From Mobula hypostoma (Eukaryota): 64,000 nucleotides of DNA. The notes under the pieces are model-generated. The model had not been told where the DNA came from. It saw nothing but the letters and a program-made list of their open reading frames with translations, and did not search any database. Every line of letters starts with the position of its first letter. The stretch's first letter is position 1. The stretch is taken from assembly GCF_963921235.1 (NCBI RefSeq), contig NC_086107.1:101496001-101560000 (forward strand). Reading direction: 5' to 3'. The translations under genes were made by a program, and so were the position numbers. Shown here piece after piece: positions 53,455 to 64,000 of the stretch.

Positions 53455-53672
53455 AACTAAAGAAAATCTGCAGATGTTGGAAGTCCAAGGAATGCACACA
53501 AAATGCTGGAAGAACTCAGCATGCCAGGCAGCACCTATGGAAAAGTCGACTTTTTGGGCCGAGACCCATCATCAGGTCCTGATGAAAGCTCTTAGCCCAA
53601 ACATCAACTATACTTCTTTCCATAAATGCTGCCTGGCCTGCTGAGTTCCTCCATCATTTTGTGTGTGTTCCT
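53455..53672. mobile_element. Palindromic Penelope terminal-repeat derivative
   Basis: Inverted arms centred on tcatcagg-t-cctgatga (centre 53577). Confidence 0.82.
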
Positions 53673-54057
53673 TGTGTTAAAGAATGGTTTGTTTCACTCC
53701 CTTTTTCCTGGTTCTGGGTTGACTGGTACACAGACTCCTCCACAGAGCAGACAAGAGGTGGCTAGTAGGATGTGATGGGCAGTTTGTGAAATAGTAGCAC
53801 CTTCTGCCACTCACACAGGACTTCAGTGCATGCCTGATGCATGATCTCCACAATCTAAATACTATCCCTAGTGATCCTTTTTTCACTTTGAGTAGTTATG
53901 CACTGTAAGTTCCCCTATGGGTTCAGCACTTCCTCAAAAGGAAAATTTTAGCACGTACTTCAATCTTTCTTTCTGCTCACTTGGTAATCCTTACTAGAAG
54001 TGGAACAGTAGCATTGCGGTTAGCACAATGTTTTATGATAATCACTGATCAGGATTT

Positions 54058-54760
54058 ATATCACAAATGACCTGACTTGGTCCAACCAAGCAGAGTTCAC
54101 TGCCAAGAAGGCCCACCAGCGCCTTTACTTCCTGAGAAAACTAAAGAAATTTGGCCTGTCCCCTAAAACCCTCACTAATTTTTATAGATGCACCGTAGAA
54201 AGCATTCTTCTAGGGTGCATCACAACCTGGTATGGAAGTTGTCCTGTCCAAGACTGAAAGAAGCTGCAGAAGATCGTGAACACAGCGCAGCACATCACAC
54301 AAACCAATCTACCGTCCTTGGACTCACTTTACACCGCACGCTGTCAGAGCAGTGCTGCCAGGATAATCAAGGACACGACCCACCCAGCCAACACACTTTT
54401 CGTCCCTCTTCCCTCCGAGAGAAGGCTCAGGAGCTTGAAGACTTGTACGGCCAGATTTGGGAACAGCTTCTTTCCAACTGTGATAAAGACTGCTGAATGG
54501 ATCCTGACCCGGATCTGGGCTGTACCCTCCAAATATCTGGACCTGCCTCTCGGTTTTTTTGCACTACCTTACTTTCCATTTTTCTATTTTCTACTTATGA
54601 TTTATAATTTAAATTTTTAATATTTACTAATTTTTACTATTTTTAATATTTTTAATATTCAATATTTGTAATCCAGGGAGTGGGAAGCGCAGAATCAAAT
54701 ATCGCTGTGATGATTTATGTTCTAGTACCAATTGTTTGGCGACAATAAAGTATAAAGTAT
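54058..54760 (+). mobile_element. Young Rex1/Babar-like LINE 3' end inserted in a SINE
   Basis: AHQRLYFLRKLKKF...ESILLGCITTWYG...; SINE halves at 54003-54057 and 54761-55020. Confidence 0.9.
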
Positions 54761-55559
54761 ATTTGATTCCCAACATTGTTTTTAAGGAGTTTGTACTTTT
54801 TCCATGTGACTGTGTGGGTTTCCTCCAAGTGCTTCAGTTTCCTCCCCTATTTCAAAGATATACAGTTAAGGTTAGGGTTAGTGAGTTGAGAGCATGCTAT
54901 GTTAGTGCTGGAAGTAGGCAACGCTTGTGGGCTGCCCCCAGTACAATCTGATGTGGTTGTTAACACCAAACGGTGCACTTCACTAAACGTTTCAATGTAC
55001 ACAAGACAAATAAAGCGAAGCTTTATCTTTCTAATCTCTTTATCAATGATGGAGTTTGGAATAGAGTGTCCATTTTGAGTATCTAGTGGTGGAATACCTG
55101 ATTTCCCTAGTGGAGCTGACTGAATGTTACTGAAGCCTCAGTCTGGCAATGCTGATCTGATAGAGGATGTTCACCTATCCTTCTAGTGAACTTGGAGGAT
55201 TTTGTGAGATATAGCAAGTAGCATTTTATCAGTACTTTGATGTACCTGGTCTGGGTAGACAACATCTCAGAAGCATATCAGAGGGAAGAGACTAGAGCAA
55301 ACATTTTGCACCACACTTAAGGATTTGATCATCAGATAATCTTATCCTAAACTGAAGGCAATTTGATCAACCTAGTATGCCTTGTCGAAAGGATATAAGT
55401 GGCCTATGCTTTTCATGACATTACTTTGAACCTTTGTTGCTGGTGTTTTATAGTAGAGGGTGGTTGGCAGAGGACCTTTATTTTGCTGAGTTCTGTGACC
55501 ATGAATAAATCCTTTAGTGGTATGTTGCCTCTCTGATACAAGGGTCAGGGATATTTCAG

Positions 55560-57995
55560 AGCAGCTGCAAAGCATTCTGAAGGGAGAGGGTGATCAGTCA
55601 GTGGATATGATTACAAGTTAGTACCAATAACATGGGGTATTAAAAGTTATGAGGTCCTGCAACATGAATTCAAGGAGTTAGATAACAAGTTAAAGAGCAG
55701 AACCTCTAAGGTTATAATCTCAGATTGTATCCAGTGCCATATGTTCCTGATTATAGGAATAAGAAGATACTGTTGTCAAAATACTTGGATAAGACCCAAA
55801 TGCTGAGAGAGAGTGGGAAGGGGGGAGGGGGGGAGAGGGGGGGAGAGGGGGACTGAGAGTGAAGCAGGACTTTAATGAGAACTGCTGCAGAACTTAAAGG
55901 AAAAAAAACAATAAACACTAAGCCAACAGGACCATTAACTAAACTCTCAAACTTAAAGTTAATGCCAAAATAGCACTGGAAGCAATAACTATATATTAAA
56001 TGAATATCGTTCCTTGACAGCGTCAGTCGAAATGGTAGTCTTCTTTCCTGGATAAGGATGAGGGTAAGCAGGGAGCATAAACATTGCTGAGCTTTTGGTC
56101 AAGTTTTGACAAGACTAGAATGAAAATAAGTGAGTTAAATACCACCATAATGAAACACTAATTATCTAGAACATACATACTCAGGCACGTGATTGTCGAA
56201 CCTGTTCTGCAGCCCACCTGCATGGGTATGTAGACCCCTCAGCAGAATCCTTGGTTGTGACAACTATAGGTCAGATAAATTAATTGCTAAAGGAATTATG
56301 TAGGTGAGAGCTTTTGATTTTTGCATCTATTTTAATGCAAGAGCCTGAGAGGTAAGGAAGAAGAACTTAGCAAGAGGGAACATCATATTGTTGACATAGT
56401 TGAAAGAAGGACACACAAATCAACATTCCAGGATAGAGAAGCTTCAATAATATATATTAATAACACATGAATTTAGAAGTGTGATTACTCAAAAATTGGC
56501 AGTGTTGTTAATAGTGAACAGGAGGCACATGAAAGATGGAGCAAGACATTGAATAGTGATGAAGCTCAACTCAAGACTCTTCATCAGATTTTGAAAGAAA
56601 GAGGGGAGAGAGCCAGTCTGAAAAGGTGGAGGGAAGGGGTGTTGCTGCCAAGTGATAAGTGGATCTAGGTGAGAGGTGGGTGAGTAGGAATCATATAAGA
56701 AGCAGGTGAAGTGACACAGGGCTAAAGAAGATAGAATTTGATCGAGAGGACAGTGAACCATTGAATAAAGGTGAGGAGAGGAACCAGAGGAAGGAATGGG
56801 CAGATGGAGAGGCCAGGGGAATGGAAAGAGAAGGGGCGATGGGGCCCATAGCATAGGGAAAAGAATCAGGGTGGGGGATATAACAGAGGGCAGTGGTTGC
56901 TGATGTTAGAGAAATCAACGTTCGTGTCATGAGGTTGGAGACCACTAAGGCACGAACATGTAATATGAGGCATTTTCCACTAATCTGCATCTAGTATCAA
57001 TTTGGCGGTAGAGGAAGCAATGGACAAACATGTTGATGTGGGAATGGAAAGTGGAATTAAAGTGGCTGGCCACAGGGAGATCCAGACTGTTACGTCAGGC
57101 AGAGTAAAGATGCTCAACAAAGCAATTCCCCAATTTGCATCGGGTTACACTGATGTAGAAAAGGCCTCACCAAGAACATTGGATGCAGTAAATGACACTG
57201 ATGGATTTACATGTGAAGGACTGTCTTACCTGGAAGGGCCCTAAATGGTGGTGAAAGAGGACGTGTAGGGGCATGTGTAATACTTAGTGCAGTGAACAGA
57301 GTGGCTTTAGTTTATTAAATGATACTAATCAGCTGGTAAATTGGACAGAGCAATGGCAGATGGAATTCAATGCTGTAAATGCGAGATGATACATGGGAGG
57401 GGGCCAGGGGATATGGCAGTGATGCAGTAAGGGTACATGTATACTATGAATGTTTGAGCACTAAATAATGCAATTGGATCAAAAGGATATTGGTGTACAC
57501 AAGCTCAAATACCACTGAAGGTGCAGTATACGTAGGATGTTGACTGGGGTGAAATGTTGCAATTATCAAAGACTGGATGGACTAAGTTCATTTTCCTTGG
57601 AGCAGGGGAGGTGGAAGGAGTGGGGGAATCTGATAGACATGTACAAAATTACAAGAAATCTATATAGGATAGATTGCAAGAAACTTTCCATCGTGATAAA
57701 GTGTCTAAGACCCAAGGGTGTGGGTTTAAGGTAAAGAGTAAGAGAAATAGGGGTGATAATGAGGAATACTTTTTTTTTCACCCAGTGGTAGATTCAATCT
57801 GGAACATTGCTCGAGAATATAATGGAGGCAGAGACTCTCACATGCAAGAAGAATCTAGATAAATACTTAAATTAGCCAAGACAGAATAAACCTCAAACCA
57901 GTGATGGTAAATAGGATTCATGTATTTATGTACTTGATGGTCAAGAATGACACGGTAGGCTGAAGAGCCTCTTTCTGTGAGGTTTGACTCTATGA
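55560..57995 (+). mobile_element. Old fragmented CR1 (ORF1 esterase-like remnant plus ORF2 3' remnants)
   Basis: EFKELDNKLKSRTSKVIIS at ~55665-55725; GNLIDMYKI at ~57625. Interrupted by other elements. Confidence 0.65.
56570..57290 (-). mobile_element. Old Penelope-like fragment
   Basis: Diverged homology to the reverse complement of 59560-60250. Confidence 0.7.
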
Positions 57996-59519
57996 CTCAA
58001 AAGCACAGGAAAGATCCCTTGCAATGGATTGATGGATTTCTAGCATGTCAGAAACCAATATTATAGTTACTATAGCCCAGGCTTCCACAATCAATTATAA
58101 AAAATTGTGTCCAAATAGTAGAATATAGAGTACAATCTGTGCTGGCAATTATGCCAATTTAAACTGCACATCTGCCTGCATGTGATCTGTATCACCCCCA
58201 TTCCCTGCCTGTTCGTGAGTTATACTTGCTGAGCAATAGATCTGCTGTTGTAGATTAAATATGAGACCTTTAGTATTAACCTTGTTTTCAATAGCGGTAA
58301 TTTGCTGAGGCGTCTTTGTTTGAAATTAGTTCAGCTTTAATGTTTATAACTCAAGACTGTAGCTACTTGTAAGCAGTGAAGTGCTTGACTCACTCAGTTC
58401 ACCTTTAAGTACTTCCACTCAAATAATTCATGAATGTTTTTCTTTTTTTTTGTCTTTTTCTTTCCCTTCCACTATCTTGCCTCTTTTCTTTACTTCACAT
58501 TTGGATCATCTAGTTACAAAATCAACTCCTTCAGCATTATTCTTATTCCTTGAATGCTTTTCCATGTCTAACTCCCTTTTATATTTTTCTACACTTCTGA
58601 TCTGTGCCATTCACCAAAGCAGTTGTCACTAATCACTAATGGATTACTAATCACTAAGAACACAAACACTAATTAGTACATCCTATGCCCTCTCTGCTTC
58701 TCAAATCAATTGGTCCAGCATAGACTAAATGTATCAATCTCTCTCATGCTCCACTTAATGTTGCCAGCCCTAATCCTTTGGACTTCACCAGTGAGACAGC
58801 AATCACTGTCATTTTCTATATTTAACTTCACAATATCTATTAACATATCAACAAAGCCAATGCCATTCATGACTTATTATGGATGTTCATAGTTGCACTG
58901 CATAGAATGGCATAATTTGCACAAGATCTGACAATTCAGTGTAACCATATTCGCTCCACTGTAGCATTTTCATCATTTCTCATCTAAATATATATCAGCA
59001 TAGCTCTTATCCCTCATATGTTTAGAGGATAGTTATGCTTCCCATAATGTATCTAAATGCATCATTTCAACCACTATCTGTGTCAGTGAGTTCCATATAC
59101 CTACCATTCTTCAAAGTATCCCTTCTAAGTGCTCAATTTGATTTGTTCATGATCAGCTTGTATTGATGGCATTCAATTATGTTGTTCCCCACAAGTGGAA
59201 ATGTTTCTAATTGATTCTTCTAAAATCTTTTCCATATTAAATACCTCAATTGTCATCCTTAAGTCCTCTTAAAAAATGAGACCTAGTTTATTCAATCTTG
59301 AAAGTCTTCTCTAATCTTCTCCAAAGACACTGTATTGTTATTATACAGTGATCAGAACTGCACAGCATTATAAACAAGTTACAAAATAGTTTAGCACAAC
59401 CTCCTAATTTTTCAATCCTATGCCTCTAGAAATAAATTCTGTGACTTGGTTTGCTTTCTTAATGGCTTTGCTAATCTCTGGTGCAGCTTTTGTTAACCAA
59501 TCTATTTGAAAAATAGTGC

Positions 59520-60371
59520 CCTCCTGGCACTTATCCGTGTAAGCGGAACAAGTGCTACACATGCCCTTACACTTCCTCCCTTACCACCGTTCAGGGCCCC
59601 AAACAGTCCTTCCAGGTGAGGCATCACTTCACCTGTGAGTCGACTGGGGTGATATACTGTGTCCGGTGCTCCCGATGTGGCCTTTTATATATTGGTGACA
59701 CCCAACGCAGACTGGGAGACCGCTTTGCTGAACATCTACGCTCTGTCCGCCAGAGAAAGCAGGATCTCCCAGTGGCCACACATTTTAATTCCACATCCCA
59801 TTCCCATTCTGACATGTCTATCCACGGCCTCCTCTACTGTAAAGATGAAGCCACACTCAGGTTGGAGGAACAACACCTTATATTCCGTCTGGGTAGCCTC
59901 CAACCTGATGGCATGAACATTGACTTCTCTAACTTCCGCTAAGGCCCCACCTCCCCCTCGTACCCCATCTGTTACTCATTTTTATGCACACATTCTTTCT
60001 CTCACTCTCCTTTTTCTCCCTCTGTCCCTCTGAATATACCTCTTGCCCATCCTCTGGGTCACCCCCCTCCCCCTTGTCTTTCTTCCTGGACCTCCTGTCC
60101 CATGATCCTCTCGTATCCCCTTTTGCCTATCACCTGTCCAGCTCTCGGCTCTATCCCTCCCCCTCCTGTCTTCTCCTATCATTTTGCATCTCCCCCTCCC
60201 CCTCCAGCTTTCAAATCCCTTACTCACTCTTCCTTCAGTTAGTCCTGACGAAGGGTCTCGGCCTGAAACGTCGACTGCGCCTCTTCCTATAGATGCTGCT
60301 TGGCCTGCTGCGTTCACCAGCAACTTTGATGTATGTTGCTTGAATTTCCAGCATCTGCAGAATTCCTGTTG
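59520..60371 (+). mobile_element. Penelope-like (Neptune-type) element: Cys linker, GIY-YIG endonuclease and hammerhead terminus
   Basis: Open frame 59523-59942: PGTYPCKRNKCYTCPY...FTCESTGVIYCVRCSRCGLLYIGDTQRRLGDRFAEH...GMNIDFSNFR*. Confidence 0.93.
60240..60277 (+). ncRNA. Hammerhead ribozyme motif in Penelope-like repeat (one C>T at the base of stem II)
   Basis: tagtc ctgacga a gggtctcggcct gaaacgtc gactg. Confidence 0.65.
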
Positions 60372-60689
60372 TATTTGGAAAACAAGCTCCTTTTGTTCTT
60401 ATACTTGACTAGACTTTCCAAATAATGTTTGACCTCTCTATTTTTCTTGCCAAAGTGTATAACCTTACCTATATCTGTGTTGAACTTGATTTGCCTATTC
60501 TACAAGTTTATTAATTACTTCCTGTAATTTTCTGTAGTCCTTTGTACTAATTATTTCTCCCAATTTTATATCATCTGCAAATTCAGAAATTTTGATTCCA
60601 TTGTCTAAATATGAGTATAGTTGAGTAGAGTTAAGAAACTGCAAGAGTAAAAATACCCTGATGAGAATTATATACAAAGGTTCGACTTC

Positions 60690-63112
60690 TAATTTTCTCC
60701 AAACTAAGACATAGCATCACTTAAGAGAACCATTGTGACAAAATGGCCTCCTGGCTATCAATGTAACAAATGCAATAACATGTTGGTCAGACACAGAGAT
60801 ACCATGGATATTTTGAGGAATTATTCCAAAAAGCGAAGTTAATTTGTTAGGTTGTAAATTAATTTTAAGTGCTTTAGAAATTGTCAAAAAAACTGACTTC
60901 CAGGACTGTTCCAGTATAGAACAAGACCAAAACATGTGTGTCAGTGTAGCTGTTTCAGTTTTACATCTATCACAATAACTATCAACATTAGGAAATATTT
61001 TGAAGTCTCTCCTTCGTCAGATGGTAATGATGTACAATTTTAAATTGAGTCAGTGAATGATTAGCACAGATCGAAGAAGAGTTAACCAGCTTCAGAATCC
61101 GCGTCCAATCCTCCATCATAAAAGTCAAATTGAGTTCCTTTTCCCAATCTTATTCAATCTTAAATAAAGGACACTTATCCCATTGTAATAATAAATTATA
61201 AATTCTTCCAATAGAACCCTTCATCGAAGGCTTCATACTCATAATAGTATCTAACAGGTCAGCCTCCAATACAAGGAAAATTACTTAAATATTTTTGAAA
61301 GAAATGTCTAACTTGAAGGTATTGTAAAAAGTGTGAGTATGAAAGAGAATATTTATCAACTAATTGTTCAAAAGACATTAAGCTATCTTCTTTATGTAGC
61401 CCCCCCCCCGGCCGCCCTCAGGGTCACTCGGCTCGCTGTCGTCTAGGGAAACAGCCCTCGGCCCCGGCAAACTGGGTAATTCGTTTGTGTGGATGCTGTG
61501 TGATGTACCCACGCCGCCCAAATAACAGACAATACACCAGATATGATTAAATGATTTACAGTTTATAGATATTACTGGAACTATATAATTAAGAGAGAAT
61601 AAAATATAAAAGGAAAATAAAAGGCGCCACACTTATCAAAGTTCAATCTCTTCGTGCACAAAAACCGTTGGAGCTCAAGGACCTTCTTCTTCACCCTGCG
61701 ACCCCTCAAACCACCTCGACCAGCCGCCTGGGACCAACAACGGTGGTCGACCAGACGCTCCACAAGTCCGTCTCCGTCTCCTCACCGAACACCCTCCTCG
61801 GGGTCCGACCCCATTAGCGGACATCACAGCAGATCGTCCATCCTCTGTCTCGCTCTACCGTCTTCTGCCCCAAAACCCCGTGCATACAGTATCTTCAAAT
61901 ACACCAAAACCATAACAACTATCCCAATTGGTTAATAGCTCTCTCTTATCACACTCTAAAGCAAACAAGCTGCTAGCGCAACCTTTCTCAGCGTTTCACC
62001 CAACAAAGCCGCATTCCCCAGATTAACATAACAAAGACGCCATTTTAATTAGCCTCCGCAGTAACATAAAAGTCGAAACCCCCTTACATTTAAATAAATC
62101 CAAAAAGAATTAATACCTTTATTTTTCTAAAGTAAAAAAAGTGGATCACTCAAAGAAGGCTTAAAAAAGTAATTTTGTTAAATTAAGCTCCAAAGTTTAG
62201 ATTTTTTAAGATTAAAAAAATTGCGGAACTGGAGCCAAATTTGTAAAGAATGCTTAATCACAGGGTACAGGTTTAAATTAGCAACTTTGGATAATTGTAT
62301 AGGTAAAGCAACTCCCAATAACGAGGTTAAGTAAAACTGTTTCACAGCTTTCAATTCCAGGTCTACCCAAACTGGCCGATCGTTCTTATCAACCCAATAA
62401 AACCAAAAGGTCATGTATCGCACATTAACAGCCCAGTAATACATTCTTAAATTAGGCAAAGCAAGACCTCCATCCTTTTTCAACTTTTGCAAGTGACATT
62501 TACTAATTCTTGGTCTTTTATTATTCCAAATAAAAGATAAAATAATAGAATCAATCCGATCAAAAAAACTTCTTAGTCAAAAAAACAGTGATATTCTGAA
62601 ATAAATATAAAAATTTTGGTAAAATCATCACTTTAACTATATGGATACGACCGACAAGTGAAAATGTTAAGTGGACTCCATCTGCTAAATAAATACTTCA
62701 CAGAGTCTACCAAGGGAACGAAATTGGCTTTATAAAGATCCTTATATTTTTTTTAGTAATTATAACACCTAAATATCTAAAAGAATCCGTGACTTTAAAA
62801 GGAGTATTATCATGTTCATTTAAAGGAAACAATTCACTTTTACTAAAATTTATTTTATATCCTGAAAAATTTCCAAATTCATTGAATAATTTTAGCAAGG
62901 CAGGAATAGATTCTTGGGGATTAGATATATAAATCAATAAATCATCAGCGTAAAGAGAAATCTTATGAATGGTCTCATTCACAAAAATCCCATGAATATT
63001 TTTAGCTTCACGAAGAGCAAGGGGTTCTACTATTAAGTTAAATAACAAAGGACTTAATGGACAACCTTGTCTTGTCCCCCGTGAAAGCTGAAAAAAGGAG
63101 ACCTACAGTTGT
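60690..63112 (-). mobile_element. L1-clade LINE ORF2 fragment (RT to zf-RVT), frameshifted
   Basis: RGTRQGCPLSPLLFNL, SLYADDLL, SGYKINFSKSE, FRYLGV, GGLALPNL, CDRC...HMFWSC. Confidence 0.92.
61395..62088 (-). mobile_element. Solo LTR, 694 bp, 4-bp TSD
   Basis: Termini TGTA...TACA; TTTA at 61391-61394 and 62089-62092. Removing it rejoins L1 codons DLFK|EDSLMSFEQL. Orientation is inferred. Confidence 0.88.
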
Positions 63113-64000
63113 TAGAAACATAGAAAATAGGTGCAGGAGTAGGCCATTTGGCCCTTCAAGCCTGCACCGCCATTTATTATGATCATGGCTGATCATCCAA
63201 CTCAGAACCCTGCCCCAGCCTTCCCTCCATACCCCCTGACCCCCGTAGCCACAAGGGCCATATCTAACTCCCTCTTAAATATAGCCAATGAACTGGCCTC
63301 AACTGTTTCCTGTGGCAGAGAATTCCACAGATTCACCACTCTCTGTGTGAAGAAGTTTTTCCTAATCTCGGTCCTAAAAGGCTTCCCCTCTATCCTCAAA
63401 CTGTGGCCCCTCGTTCTGGACTTCCCCAACATCGGGAACAATCTTCCTGCATCTAGCCTGTCCAATCCCTTTAGGATCTTATACGTTTCAATCAGATCCC
63501 CCCTCAATCTTCTAAATTCCAACGAGTACAAGCCCAGTTCATCCAGTCTTTCTTCATATGAAAGTCCTGCCATCCCAGGAATCAATCTGGTGAACCTTCT
63601 TTGTACTCCCTCTATGGCAAGGATGTCTTTCCTCAGATTAGGGGATCAAAACTGCACACAATACTCCAGGTGTGGTCTCACCAAGGCCTTGTACAACTGC
63701 AGTAGTACCTCCCTGCTCCTGTACTCGAATCCTCTCGCTATAAATGCCAGCATACCATTCACCTTTTTCACCGCCTGCTGTACCTGCATGCCCACTTTCA
63801 ATGACTGGTGTATAGTGACACCCAGGTCTCGTTGCACCTCCCCTTTTCCTAATCGGCCACCATTCAGATAATAATCTGTTTTCCTATTTTTGCCACCAAA
63901 GTGGATAACTTCACATTTATCCACATTAAATTGCATCTGCCATGAATTTGCCCACTCACCCAACCTATCCAAGTCACTCTGCATCCTCTTAGCATCCTCC
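63113..64000 (-). mobile_element. Young CR1 LINE 3' part (runs off the window), abutting the L1
   Basis: Near-identical to 21790-22508; one TGG>TGA nonsense at 63646-63648. Confidence 0.93.

Noticed and set aside
63179..63871. 230-aa plus-strand ORF
   Set aside because: Antisense shadow frame of the CR1 ORF2.

Overview
Eukaryotic, transposon-dense vertebrate DNA. The repeat content (HE1-like SINEs, CR1, Rex1/Babar, Penelope-like elements) suggests a cartilaginous fish, probably a ray; this is inference. One host gene is well supported: a minus-strand galanin/spexin receptor of the GALR2/GALR3 clade, most like GALR3. It has two coding exons (44205-43859 and 35414-34682) giving 359 aa, split by an 8.4 kb phase-2 intron inside the DRY codon. 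The rest is mostly nested retroelement and DNA-transposon fragments plus two microsatellite blocks of about 2 kb. The most interesting non-gene signal is a Penelope-like (GIY-YIG, Neptune-type) family whose terminal repeat holds a minimal hammerhead ribozyme. It occurs as one apparently intact copy, several CpG-decayed copies, and short head-to-head palindromic derivatives. Also present: a 694-bp solo LTR with a 4-bp TSD inside an L1, and a four-layer TE nest. I found no prokaryote-type system such as CRISPR or operons. TE boundaries are approximate unless a junction is quoted, and family names come from recalled motifs, not database searches.
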